64,000 nucleotides of DNA. Origin: Eledone cirrhosa (Eukaryota). Positions 38,401 through 52,859 of this stretch are shown here, piece by piece. Both the position numbers and the translations under genes were made by a program. The stretch is from assembly GCA_964016885.1 (NCBI GenBank), contig OZ024757.1, forward strand, positions 372,001-436,000. Direction: 5' to 3'. Within the stretch, counting starts at the first letter, position 1. Each line of letters opens with the position of its first letter. The notes under the pieces are model-generated. The model saw only the letters and a list, made by a program, of their open reading frames with translations. It was not told the origin of the DNA and ran no database searches.

Positions 38401-40530
38401 GTGAGATAGTGACCTTGGGGCGAAGACAATAGCTATTTGGGTGAGATAGTGACGTTGGGGTGAAGACAGAAGCTACTAGGGTGTGATAGTGACATTAGGG
38501 TGAAGACAGTAGCTACTAGGGTGAGATAGTGACATTGGGGTGGAGACAGTAGCTACTAGGGTGAGATAGTGACGTTAGAGTGAAGATAGTAGCTACTAGG
38601 GTGAGATAGTGACATTGGTGTGAAGACAGTAGCTACAAGGGTGAGATCGTGACATTGGGTGAAGACAGTAGCTACTAGGGTGAGATAGTGACATTGGGGT
38701 GAAGACAGTAGCTACTAGGGTGCGATAGTGACATTAGGGTGAATACATTAGCTACTAGGGTGAGATAGTGACATTGGGGTGAAGACAATAGCTACTAGGG
38801 TGAGATCGTGAAATTGGGGTGAAGACATAGATACTAGGGTAAGATAGTGACATTGGGTTAAAGACAGTAGCTACTAGGGTGAGATAGGGACATTGGGGTG
38901 ACAACAGTAGCTACTAGGGTGAGGTAGTGACATTAGGGTGAATACAATAGCTACTAGGGTGAGATAGTGACAATGGGGTGAAGACAGTAGCTACTGGGTG
39001 AGATAGTGACATTGGGGTGAAGACAATAGCTATTTGGGTGAGATAGTGACATTGGGGTGAAGACAGAAGCTACTAGGGTGTGATAGTGACATTAGGGTGA
39101 AGACAGTAGCTACTAGGGTGAGATAGTGACATTGGGGTGGAGACAGTAGCTACTAGGGTGAGATAGTGACATTAGAGTGAAGACAGTAGCTACTAGGGTG
39201 TGATAGTGACGTTGGGGTGAAGACAGTAGCTACTAGGGTGCGATAGTTACATTGGGTGAAGACAGTAGCTACTAGGCTGAGATAGTGACATTGGGGTGAA
39301 GACAGTAGCTACTAGGGTGAGAGAGTGACATTGGTGTGAAGACATTAGCTACTTGGGTGAGATAGTGACATTAGGGTGAAGACAGTAGCTACTAGGGTGA
39401 TATAGTGACATTGGGGTGAAGACAGTAGCTACAAGGGTGAGATCGTGACATTGGGGTGAAGACAGTAGCTACTAGGGTGAGATATTGACATTGGGGTGAA
39501 GACAGTAGCTACTAGGGTGAGATATTGACATTGGGGTGAATACAGTAGCTACTAGGGTGAGATAGTGACATTGGGGTGAAGACAGGAGTTACTAGGGTGA
39601 GATAGTGATATTGGTGGTGAAAACAGTAACTACTAGGGTGAGATAGTGACATTGGGGTGAAGACAGTAGCTACTATGGTGAGATAGTGACATTGGGATGA
39701 AGACAATAGCTATTTGGGTGAGACAGTGACATTGGGGTGAAGACAGTAGCTACTGGGTGAGATAGAGACATTGGGGTGAAGACAGTAGCTACTAGGTGAG
39801 ATAGTGACCTTGGGGTGAAGACAATAGCTATTTGGGTGAGATAGTGACGTTGGGGTGAAGACAGAAGCTACTAGGGTGTGATAGTGACATTAGGGTGAAG
39901 ACAGTAGCTACTAGGGTGAGATAGTGACATTGGGGTGGAGACAGTAGCTACTAGGGTGAGATAGTGACGTTAGAGTGAAGATAGTAGCTACTAGGGTGAA
40001 ATAGTGACATTGGGGTGAAGACAGTAGCTACAAGGGTGAGATCGTGACATTGGGGTGAAGACAGTAGCTACTAGGGTGAGATATTGACATTGGGGTGAAG
40101 ACAGTAGCTACTAGGGTGAGATATTGACATTGGGTGAAGACAGTAGCTACTAGGGTGAGATAGTGACATTGGGGTGAAGACAGTAGCTACTAGGGTGAGA
40201 TAGTGACATCAGGGTGAAGACAGTAGCTACAAGGGTGAGATCGTGACATTGGGGTGAAGACAGTAGCTACTAGGGTGAGATATTGACATTGGGGTGAATA
40301 CAGTAGCTACTAGGGTGAGATAGTGACATTGGGGTGAAGACAGTAGCTACAAGGGTGAGATCGTGACATTGGGGTGAAGACAGTAGATACTAGGGTAAGA
40401 TAGTGACATTGGGGTGAAGAGAGTAGCTACTAGGGTGAGATAGGGACATTGGGGTGACAACAGTAGCTACTAGGGTGAGATAGTGACATTAGGGTGAATA
40501 CATTAGCTACTAGGGTGAGATAGTGACATT
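35500..40530 (+). repeat. Block duplication ~35500-37220 vs ~38810-40530 (offset 3309 bp), with a partial third copy between them at ~37550-38640
   Basis: GATACTAGGGTAAGATAGTGACATTGGGTT 35521/38830; ORF starts 36397/39706; AGAGTAGCTA 37111/40420. The rare variants GGAGTTACTA, GGTGGTGAAAACAG and GACGTTAGAG occur in all three copies. Confidence 0.85.
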
Positions 40531-42079
40531 GGGGTGAAGACAGTAGCTACTAGGGTGAGATAGTGACATCGGGGTGAAGACAATAGCTACTTGGGTGAGA
40601 TAGTGACATTAGGGTGAAGACAGTAGCTACAAGGGTGACATCGTGACATTGGGCTGAAGACATTAGCTACTAGGGTGAGATATTGACATTGGGGCGAATA
40701 CAGTAGCTACTAGGGTGAGATCGTGACATTGGGGTGAAGACAGTAGCTACAAGGGTGAGATCGTGACATTGGGGTGAAGACATAGATACTAGGGTAAGAT
40801 AGTGACATTGGGGTGAAGACAGTAGCTACTAGGGTGAGGTAGTGACAATGGGGTGAAGACAGTAGCTACTGGGTGAGATAGTGACATTGGGGTGAAGACA
40901 ATAGCTATTTGGGTGAGATAGTGACATTAGGGTGAAGACAGTAGCTACTAGGGTGAGATAGTGACATTGGGGTGGAGACAGTAGCTACTAGGGTGAGATA
41001 GTGACGTTAGAGTGAAGATAGTAGCTACTAGGGTGAGATAGTGACATTGGGGTGAAGACAGTAGCTACAAGGGTGAGATCGTGACATTGGGGTGAAGACA
41101 GTAGCTACTAGGGTGAGATATTGACATTGGGGTGAAGACAGTAGCTACTAGGGTGAGATATTGACATTGGGTGAAGACAGTAGCTACTAGGGTGAGATAG
41201 TGACATTGGGGTGAAGACAGTAGCTACTAGGGTGAGATAGTGACATCAGGGTGAAGACAGTAGCTACAAGGGTGAGATCGTGACATTGGGGTGAAGACAG
41301 TAGCTACTAGGGTGAGATATTGACATTGGGGTGAATACAGTAGCTACTAGGGTGAGATAGTGACATTGGGATGAAGACAGTAGCTACAAGAGTGAGATCG
41401 TGACATTGGGGTGAAGACAGTAGATACTAGGGTAAGATAGTGACATTGGGGTGAAGAGAGTAGCTACTAGGGTGAGATAGGGACATTGGGGTGACAACAG
41501 TAGCTACTAGGGTGAGATAGTGACATTAGGGTGAATACATTAGCTACTAGGGTGAGATAGTGACATTGGGGTGAAGACAGTAGCTACTAGGGTGGGATAG
41601 TGACATTGGGGTGAAGACAATAGCTACTAGGGTGAGAGAGTGACATTGGTGTGAAGACATTAGCTACTTGGGTGAGATAGTGACACTAGGGTGAAGACAG
41701 TAGCTACTAGGGTGAGATATTGACATTGGGGTGAATACAGTAGCTACTAGGGTGAGATAGTGACATTGGGGTGAAGACAGTAGCTACAAGGGTGAGATCG
41801 TGACGTTGGGGTGAAGACAGTAGATACTAGGGTGAGATCGTGACATTGGGGTGAAGAGAGTAGCTACTAGGGTGAGATATTGACATTGGGGTGAATACAG
41901 TAGCTACTAGGGTGAGATAGTGACATTGGGGTCAAGACAGTAGCTACAAGGGTGAGATCGTGACATTGGGGTGAAGACAGTAGCTACTAGGGTGAGATAG
42001 TGACATTGGGGTGAAGACAATAGCTACAAGGGTGAGATAGTGACATTGGGGTGAAGACAGTAGCTACTAGGGTGAGATA

Positions 42080-45000
42080 GTGACATTGGGGTGAAGACAA
42101 TAGCTATTTGGGTGAGATAGTGACATTGGGGTGAAGACAGTAGCTACTAGGGTGAGATAGGGACATTGGGGTGACAACAGTAGCTACTAGGGTGAGGTAG
42201 TGACATTAGGGTGAATACAATAGCTACTAGGGTGAGATAGTGACAATGGGGTGAAGACAGTAGCTACTGGGTGAGATAGTGACATTGGGGTGAAGACAAT
42301 AGCTATTTGGGTGAGATAGTGACATTGGGGTGAAGACAGAATCTACAAGGGTGTGATAGTGACATTAGGCTGAAGACAGTAGCTACTAGGGTGAGATTGT
42401 GACATTGGGGTGGAAACAGTAGCTACTAGGGTGAGATAGTGACATTAGAGTGAAGACAGTAGCTACTAGGGTGTGATAGTGACGTTGGGGTGAAGACAGT
42501 AGCTACTAGGGTGCGATAGTTACATTGGGTGAAGACAGTAGCTACTAGAGTGAGATAGTGACATTGGGGTGAAGACAGTAGCTACTAGGGTGAGATAGTG
42601 ACATTGGGGTGAAGACAGTAGCTACTAGGGTGAGATAGTGACATTGGGGTGAAGACAGGAGCTACTAGGGTGAGATAGTGATATTGGTGGTGAAGACAGT
42701 AACTACTAGGGTGAGATAGTGACATTGGGGTGAAGACAGTAGCTACTATGGTGAGATAGTGACATTGGGGTGAAGACAATAGCTATTTCGGTGAGACAGT
42801 GACATTGGGGTGAAGACAGTAGCTACTGGGTGAGATAGTGACATTGGGGTGAAGACAGTAGCTACTGGGTGAGATAGTGACCTTGGGGTGAAAACAATAG
42901 CTATTTGGGTGAGATAGTGACATTGGGGTGAAGACAGAAGCTACTAGGGTGTGATAGTGACATTAGGGTGAAGACAGTAGCTACTAGGGTGAGATAGTGA
43001 CATTGGGGTGGAGACAGTAGCTACTAGGGTGAGATAGTGACATTAGGGTGAATACATTAGCTACTAGGGTGAGATAGTGACATTGGGGTGAAGACAGTAG
43101 CTACTAGGGTGAGATAGTGACATTGGGGTGAAGACAATAGCTACAAGGGTTAGATAGTGACATTGGGTGAAGACAATAGCTACTAGGGTGAGAGAGTGAC
43201 ATTGGTGTGAAGACATTAGCTACTTGGGTGAGATAGTGACATTAGGGTGATGACAGTAGCTACTAGGGTGAGATAGTGACATTGGGGTGAAGACAGTAGC
43301 TACAAGGGTGAGATCGTGACATTGGGGTGAAGACAGTAGCTACAAGGGTGAGATCGTGACATTGGGGTGAAGACAGTAGATACTAGGGTGAGATCGTGAC
43401 ATTGGGGTGAAGACAGTAGCTACTAGGGTGAGATATTGACATTGGGGTGAATACAGTAGCTACTAGGGTGAGATAGTGACATTGGGGTGAAGACAGTAGC
43501 TACAAGGGTGAGATCGTGACATTGGGGTGAAGACAGTAGATACTAGGGTAAGATAGTGACATTGGGGTGAAGACAGTAGCTACTAGGGTGAGATAGGGAC
43601 ATTGGGGTGACAACAGTAGCTACTAGGGTGAGATACTGACATTGGGTGAAGACAATAGCTACTAGGGTGAGAGAGTGACATTGGCGTGAGGACATTAGCT
43701 ACTTGGGTGAGATAGTGACATTAGGGTGTAGACAGTAGCTACTAGGGTGAGATAGTGACATTGGGGTGAAGACAGTAGCTACAAGGGTGAGATCGTGACA
43801 TTGGGGTGAAGACAGTAGCTACTAGGGTGAGATATTGACATTGGCGTGAAGACAGTAGCTACTAGGGTGAGATGGTGACGTTGGGGTCAAGACAGTAGCT
43901 ACAAGGGTGAGATCGTGACATTGGGGTGAAGACAGTAGATACTAGGGTAAGATAGTGACATTGGGGTGAAGACAGTAGCTACTAGGGTGAGATAGGGACA
44001 TTGGGGTGACAACAGTAGCTACTAGGGTGAGATAGTGACATTAGGGTGAATACAATAGCTACTAGGGTGAGATAGTGACAATGGGGTGAAGACAGTAGCT
44101 ACTAGGGTGAGATAGTGACATTGGGGTGAAGACAATAGCTACAAAGGTTAGATAGTGACATTGGGTGAAGACAATAGCTACTAGGGTGAGAGAGTGACAT
44201 TGGGGTGAAGACAGTAGCTACTAGGGTGAGATATTGACAATGGGGTGAAGACAGTAGCTACTAGGGTGAGATAGTGACATTGGGGTGGAGACAGTAGCTA
44301 CTAGGGTGAGATAGGGACATTGGGGTGACAACAGTAGCTACTAGGGTGAGATAGTGACATTAGGGTGAATACAATAGCTACTAGGGTGAGATAGTGACAA
44401 TGGGGTGAAGACATTAGCTACTTGGGTGAGATAGTGACATTAGGGTGAAGACAGTAGCTACTAGGGTGAGATAGTGACATTGGGGTGAAGACAGTAGCTA
44501 CAAGGGTGAGATCGTGACATTGGGGTGAAGACAGTAGCTACTAGGGTGAGATATTGACAATGGGGTGAAGACAGTAGCTACTAGGGTGAGATAGTGACAT
44601 TGGGGTGGAGACAGTAGCTACTAGGGTGAGATAGTGACATTGGTGTGAAGAGAGTAGCTACAAGGGTGAGATCGTGACATTGGGGTGAAGACAGTAGCTA
44701 CTAGGGTGAGATATTGACATTAGGGTGAAGACAGTAGCTACTAGGGTGAGATATTGACATTGGGTGAAGACAGTAGCTACTAGGGTGAGATAGTGACATT
44801 GGGGTGAAGACAGTAGCTACTAGGGTGCGATAGTGATATTGGGTGAAGACAGTAGCTACTAGGGTGAGATAGGGACATTGGGGTGACAACAGTAGCTACT
44901 AGGGTGAGATAGTGACATTAGGGTGAATACATTAGCTACTAGGGTGAGATAGTGACATTGGGGTGAAGACAGTAGCTACTAGGGTGGGATAGTGACATTG

Positions 45001-48000
45001 GGGTGAAGACAATAGCTACTAGGGTGAGAGAGTGACATTGGTGTGAAGACATTAGCTACTTGGGTGAGATAGTGACACTAGGGTGAAGACAGTAGCTACT
45101 AGGGTGAGATATTGACATTGGGGTGAATACAGTAGCTACTAGGGTGAGATAGTGACATTGGGGTGAAGACAGTAGCTACAAGGGTGAGATCGTGACGTTG
45201 GGGTGAAGACAGTAGATACTAGGGTGAGATCGTGACATTGGGGTGAAGAGAGTAGCTACTAGGGTGAGATATTGACATTGGGGTGAATACAGTAGCTACT
45301 AGGGTGAGATAGTGACATTGGGGTGAATACAGTAGCTACAAGGGTGAGATCGTGACATTGGGGTGAAGACAGTAGATACTAGGGTAAGATAGTGACATTG
45401 GGGTGAATACAGTAGCTACTAGGGTGAGATAGGGACATTGGAGTGACAACAGTAGCTACTAGGGTGAGGTAGTGACATTAGGGTGAATACAATAGCTACT
45501 AGGGTGAGATAGTGACAATGGAGTGAAGACAGTAGCTACTAGGGTGAGATAGTGACATTGGGGTGAAGACAATAGCTACAAAGGTTAGATAGTGACATTG
45601 GGTGAAGACAATAGCTACTAGGGTGAGAGAGTGACATTGGGGTGAAGACAGTAGCTACTAGGGTGAGATATTGACAATGGGGTGAAGACAGTAGCTACTA
45701 GGGTGAGATAGTGACATTGGGGTGGAGACAGTAGCTACTAGCGTGAGATAGGGACATTGGGGTGACAACAGTAGCTACTAGGGTGAGATAGTGACATTAG
45801 GGTGAATACAATAGCTACTAGGTTGAGATAGTGACAATGGGGTGAAGACATTAGCTACTTGGGTGAGATAGTGACATTGGGGTGAAGACAATAGCTATTT
45901 GGGTGAGATAGTGACATTGGGGTGAAGACAGTAGCTACTAGGGTGAGATAGGGACATTGGGGTGACAACAGTAGCTACTAGGGTGAGGTAGTGACATTAG
46001 GGTGAATACAATAGCTACTAGGGTGAGATAGTGACAATGGGGTGAAGACAGTAGCTACTGGGTGAGATAGTGACATTGGGGTGAAGACAATAGCTATTTG
46101 GGTGAGATAGTGACATTGGGGTGAAGACAGAATCTACAAGGGTGTGATAGTGACATTAGGCTGAAGACAGTAGCTACTAGGGTGAGATTGTGACATTGGG
46201 GTGGAAACAGTAGCTACTAGGGTGAGATAGTGACATTAGAGTGAAGACAGTAGCTACTAGGGTGTGATAGTGACGTTGGGGTGAAGACAGTAGCTACTAG
46301 GGTGCGATAGTTACATTGGGTGAAGACAGTAGCTACTAGAGTGAGATAGTGACATTGGGGTGAAGACAGTAGCTACTAGGGTGAGATAGTGACATTGGGG
46401 TGAAGACAGTAGCTACTAGGGTGAGATAGTGACATTGGGGTGAAGACAGGAGCTACTAGGGTGAGATATTGATATTGGTGGTGAAGACAGTAACTACTAG
46501 GGTGAGATAGTGACATTGGGGTGAAGACAGTAGCTACTATGGTGAGATAGTGACATTGGGGTGAAGACAATAGCTATTTCGGTGAGACAGTGACATTGGG
46601 GTGAAGACAGTAGCTACTGGGTGAGATAGTGACATTGGGGTGAAGACAGTAGCTACTGGGTGAGATAGTGACCTTGGGGTGAAAACAATAGCTATTTGGG
46701 TGAGATAGTGACATTGGGGTGAAGACAGAAGCTACTAGGGTGTGATAGTGACATTAGGGTGAAGACAGTAGCTACTAGGGTGAGATAGTGACATTGGGGT
46801 GGAGACAGTAGCTACTAGGGTGAGATAGTGACATTAGGGTGAATACATTAGCTACTAGGGTGAGATAGTGACATTGGGGTGAAGACAGTAGCTACTAGGG
46901 TGAGATAGTGACATTGGGGTGAAGACAATAGCTACAAGGGTTAGATAGTGACATTGGGTGAAGACAATAGCTACTAGGGTGAGAGAGTGACATTGGTGTG
47001 AAGACATTAGCTACTTGGGTGAGATAGTGACATTAGGGTGATGACAGTAGCTACTAGGGTGAGATAGTGACATTGGGGTGAAGACAGTAGCTACAAGGGT
47101 GAGATCGTGACATTGGGGTGAAGACAGTAGCTACAAGGGTGAGATCGTGACATTGGGGTGAAGACAGTAGATACTAGGGTGAGATCGTGACATTGGGGTG
47201 AAGACAGTAGCTACTAGGGTGAGATATTGACATTGGGGTGAATACAGTAGCTACTAGGGTGAGATAGTGACATTGGGGTGAAGACAGTAGCTACAAGGGT
47301 GAGATCGTGACATTGGGGTGAAGACAGTAGATACTAGGGTAAGATAGTGACATTGGGGTGAAGACAGTAGCTACTAGGGTGAGATAGGGACATTGGGGTG
47401 ACAACAGTAGCTACTAGGGTGAGATACTGACATTGGGTGAAGACAATAGCTACTAGGGTGAGAGAGTGACATTGGCGTGAGGACATTAGCTACTTGGGTG
47501 AGATAGTGACATTAGGGTGTAGACAGTAGCTACTAGGGTGAGATAGTGACATTGGGGTGAAGACAGTAGCTACAAGGGTGAGATCGTGACATTGGGGTGA
47601 AGACAGTAGCTACTAGGGTGAGATATTGACATTGGCGTGAAGACAGTAGCTACTAGGGTGAGATGGTGACGTTGGGGTCAAGACAGTAGCTACAAGGGTG
47701 AGATCGTGACATTGGGGTGAAGACAGTAGATACTAGGGTAAGATAGTGACATTGGGGTGAAGACAGTAGCTACTAGGGTGAGATAGGGACATTGGGGTGA
47801 CAACAGTAGCTACTAGGGTGAGATAGTGACATTAGGGTGAATACAATAGCTACTAGGGTGAGATAGTGACAATGGGGTGAAGACAGTAGCTACTAGGGTG
47901 AGATAGTGACATTGGGGTGAAGACAATAGCTACAAAGGTTAGATAGTGACATTGGGTGAAGACAATAGCTACTAGGGTGAGAGAGTGACATTGGGGTGAA

Positions 48001-49670
48001 GACAGTAGCTACTAGGGTGAGATATTGACAATGGGGTGAAGACAGTAGCTACTAGGGTGAGATAGTGACATTGGGGTGGAGACAGTAGCTACTAGGGTGA
48101 GATAGGGACATTGGGGTGACAACAGTAGCTACTAGGGTGAGATAGTGACATTAGGGTGAATACAATAGCTACTAGGGTGAGATAGTGACAATGGGGTGAA
48201 GACATTAGCTACTTGGGTGAGATAGTGACATTAGGGTGAAGACAGTAGCTACTAGGGTGAGATAGTGACATTGGGGTGAAGACAGTAGCTACAAGGGTGA
48301 GATCGTGACATTGGGGTGAAGACAGTAGCTACTAGGGTGAGATATTGACAATGGGGTGAAGACAGTAGCTACTAGGGTGAGATAGTGACATTGGGGTGGA
48401 GACAGTAGCTACTAGGGTGAGATAGTGACATTGGTGTGAAGAGAGTAGCTACAAGGGTGAGATCGTGACATTGGGGTGAAGACAGTAGCTACTAGGGTGA
48501 GATATTGACATTAGGGTGAAGACAGTAGCTACTAGGGTGAGATATTGACATTGGGTGAAGACAGTAGCTACTAGGGTGAGATAGTGACATTGGGGTGAAG
48601 ACAGTAGCTACTAGGGTGCGATAGTGATATTGGGTGAAGACAGTAGCTACTAGGGTGAGATAGGGACATTGGGGTGACAACAGTAGCTACTAGGGTGAGA
48701 TAGTGACATTAGGGTGAATACATTAGCTACTAGGGTGAGATAGTGACATTGGGGTGAAGACAGTAGCTACTAGGGTGGGATAGTGACATTGGGGTGAAGA
48801 CAATAGCTACTAGGGTGAGAGAGTGACATTGGTGTGAAGACATTAGCTACTTGGGTGAGATAGTGACACTAGGGTGAAGACAGTAGCTACTAGGGTGAGA
48901 TATTGACATTGGGGTGAATACAGTAGCTACTAGGGTGAGATAGTGACATTGGGGTGAAGACAGTAGCTACAAGGGTGAGATCGTGACGTTGGGGTGAAGA
49001 CAGTAGATACTAGGGTGAGATCGTGACATTGGGGTGAAGAGAGTAGCTACTAGGGTGAGATATTGACATTGGGGTGAATACAGTAGCTACTAGGGTGAGA
49101 TAGTGACATTGGGGTGAATACAGTAGCTACAAGGGTGAGATCGTGACATTGGGGTGAAGACAGTAGATACTAGGGTAAGATAGTGACATTGGGGTGAATA
49201 CAGTAGCTACTAGGGTGAGATAGGGACATTGGAGTGACAACAGTAGCTACTAGGGTGAGGTAGTGACATTAGGGTGAATACAATAGCTACTAGGGTGAGA
49301 TAGTGACAATGGGGTGAAGACAGTAGCTACTAGGGTGAGATAGTGACATTGGGGTGAAGACAATAGCTACAAAGGTTAGATAGTGACATTGGGTGAAGAC
49401 AATAGCTACTAGGGTGAGAGAGTGACATTGGGGTGAAGACAGTAGCTACTAGGGTGAGATATTGACAATGGGGTGAAGACAGTAGCTACTAGGGTGAGAT
49501 AGTGACATTGGGGTGGAGACAGTAGCTACTAGCGTGAGATAGGGACATTGGGGTGACAACAGTAGCTACTAGGGTGAGATAGTGACATTAGGGTGAATAC
49601 AATAGCTACTAGGTTGAGATAGTGACAATGGGGTGAAGACATTAGCTACTTGGGTGAGATAGTGACATTA
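42080..49670 (+). repeat. Near-perfect head-to-tail duplication of a 3791-bp block (~95 monomers)
   Basis: Private markers at offset 3791: ATGACAGTAG 43250/47041, TTGGCGTGAGGAC 43681/47472, AGCGTGAGAT 45740/49531; ORF pairs 42585/46376 and 44701/48492. The match ends at about 45879/49670. Confidence 0.93.
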
Positions 49671-50770
49671 GGGTGAAGACAGTAGCTACTAGGGTGAGAT
49701 AGTGACATTGGGGTGAAGACAGTAGCTACAAGGGTGAGATCGTGACATTGGGGTGAAGACAGTAGCTACTAGGGTGAGATATTGACAATGGGGTGAAGAC
49801 AGTAGCTACTAGGGTGAGATAGTGACATTGGGGTGGAGACAGTAGCTACTAGGGTGAGATAGTGACATTGGTGTGAAGAGAGTAGCTACAAGGGTGAGAT
49901 CGTGACATTGGGGTGAAGACAGTAGCTACTAGGGTAAGATAGTGACATTGGGGTGAAGACAGTAGCTAGTAGGGTGAGATATTGACATTGGGGTGAAGAC
50001 AGTAGCTACTAGGGTGAGATATTGACATTGGGTGAAGACAGTAGCTACTAGGGTGAGATAGTGACATTGGGGTGAAGACAGTAGCTACTAGGGTGCGATA
50101 GTGATATTGGGTGAAGACAGTAGCTACTAGGGTGAGATAGGGACATTGGGGTGACAACAGTAGCTACTAGGGTGAGATAGTGACATTAGGGTGAATACAT
50201 TAGCTACTAGGGTGAGATAGTGACATTGGGGTGAAGACAATAGCTACTAGGGTGAGAGAGTGACATTGGTGTGAAGACATTAGCTACTTGGGTGAGATAG
50301 TGACACTAGGGTGAAGACAGTAGCTACTAGGGTGAGATATTGACATTGGGGTGAATACAGTAGCTACTAGGGTGAGATAGTGACATTGGGGTGAAGACAG
50401 TAGCTACAAGGGTGAGATCGTGACGTTGGGGTGAAGACAGTAGATACTAGGGTGAGATCGTGACATTGGGGTGAAGAGAGTAGCTACTAGGGTGAGATAT
50501 TGACATTGGGGTGAATACAGTAGCTACTAGGGTGAGATAGTGACATTGGGGTGAATACAGTAGCTACAAGGGTGAGATCGTGACATTGGGGTGAAGACAG
50601 TAGATACTAGGGTAAGATAGTGACATTGGGGTGAATACAGTAGCTACTAGGGTGAGATAGGGACATTGGAGTGACAACAGTAGCTACTAGGGTGAGGTAG
50701 TGACATTAGGGTGAATACAATAGCTACTAGGGTGAGATAGTGACAATGGGGTGAAGACAGTAGCTACTGG
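48170..50770 (+). repeat. Block duplication, offset 1437 bp (locally 1477 across a one-monomer indel)
   Basis: TTGGTGTGAAGAGAG 48431/49868 and TAGTGACACT 48861/50298 (1437); ORF starts 48680/50157 (1477). Confidence 0.8.
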
Positions 50771-52859
50771 GTGAGATAGTGACATTGGGGTGAAGACAAT
50801 AGCTATTTGGGTGAGATAGTGACATTGGGGTGAAGACAGAATCTACTAGGGTGTGATAGTGACATTAGGGTGAAGACAGTAGCTACTAGGGTGAGATTGT
50901 GACATTGGGGTGGAAACAGTAGCTACTAGGGTGAGATAGTGACATTAGAGTGAAGACAGTAGCTACTAGGGTGTGATAGCGACGTTGGGGTGAAGACAGT
51001 AGCTACTAGGGTGCGATAGTTACATTGGGTGAAGACAGTAGCTACTAGAGTGAGATAGTGACATTGGGGTGAAGACAGTAGCTACTAGGGTGAGATAGTG
51101 ACATTGGGGTGAAGACAGTAGCTACTATGGTGAGATAGTGACATTGGGGTGAAGACAATAGCTATTTGGGTGAGACAGTGACATTGGGGTGAAGACAGTA
51201 GCTACTGGGTGAGATAGTGACATTGGGGTGAAGACAGTAGCTACTGGGTGAGATAGTGACCTTGGGGTGAAAACAATAGCTATTTGGGTGAGATAGTGAC
51301 ATTGGGGTGAAGACAGAAGCTACTAGGGTGTGATAGTGACATTAGGGTGAAGACAGTAGCTACTAGGGTGAGATAGTGACATTGGGGTGGAGACAGTAGC
51401 TACTAGGGTGAGATAGTGACATTAGAGTGAAGATAGTAGCTACTAGGGTGAGATAGTGACATTGGGGTGAAGACAGTAGCTACAGGGGTGAGATCGTGAC
51501 ATTGGGGTGAAGACAGTAGCTACTAGGGTGAGATATTGGCATTGGGGTGAAGACAGTAGCTAATAGGGTGAGATATTGACATTGGGTGAAGACAGTAGCT
51601 ACTAGGGTGAGATAGTGACATTGGGGTGAAGACAGTAGCTACTAGGGTGAGATAGTGACATTGGGTGTAGACAATAGCTACTAGGGTGAGAGAGTGACAT
51701 TGGTGTGAAGACATTAGCTACTTGGGTGAGATAGTGACATTGGGGTGAAGACAGTAGCTACTAGGGTGAGATAGTGACATCAGGGTGAAGACAGTAGCTA
51801 CAAGGGTGAGATCGTGACATTGGGGTGAAGACAGTAGCTACTAGGGTGAGATATTGACATTGGGGTGAATACAGTAGCTACTAGGGTGAGATAGTGACAT
51901 TGGGGTGAAGACAGTAGCTACAAGGGTGAGATCGTGACATTGGGGTGAAGACAGTAGATACTAGGGTAAGATAGTAACATTGGGGTGAAGACAGTAGCTA
52001 CTAGGGTGAGATAGGGACATTGGGGTGACAACAGTAGCTACTAGGGTGAGATAGGGACATTAGCGTGAATACATTAGCTACTAGGGTGAGATAGTGACAT
52101 TGGGGTGAAGACAGTAGCTACTAGGGTGAGATAGTGACATTGGGGTGAAGACAATAGCTACAAGGGTTAGATAGTGACATTGGGTGAAGACAATAGCTAC
52201 TAGGGTGAGAGAGTGACATTGGTGTGAAGACATTAGCTACTTGGGTGAGATAGTGACATTAGGGTGAAGACAGTAGCTACTAGGGTGAGATAGTGACATC
52301 AGGGTGAAGACAGTAGCTACAAGGGTGAGATCGTGACATTGGGGTGAAGACAGTAGCTACTAGGGTGAGATATTGACATTGGGGTGAAGACAGTAGCTAC
52401 AAGGGTGAGATCGTGACATTGGGGTGAAGACAGTAGCTACTAGGGTGAGATATTGACATTGGGGTGAAGACAGTAGCTACTAGGGTGAGATATTGACATT
52501 GGGGTGAATACAGTAGCTACTAGGGTGAGATAGTGACATTGGGGTGAAGACAGTAGCTACAAGGGTGAGCTCGTGACATTGGGGTGAAGACAGTAGATAC
52601 TAGGGTAAGATAGTGACATTGGGGTGAAGACAGTAGCTACTAGGGTGAGATAGGGACATTGGGGTGACAACAGTAGCTACTAGGGTGAGATAGTGACATT
52701 AGGGTGAATACAATAGCTACTAGGGTGAGATAGTGACAATGGGGTGAAGACAGTAGCTACTAGGGTGAGATAGTGACATTGGGGTGAAGACAATAGCTAC
52801 AAGGGTTAGATAGTGACATTGGGTGAAGACAATAGCTACTAGGGTGAGAGAGTGACATT

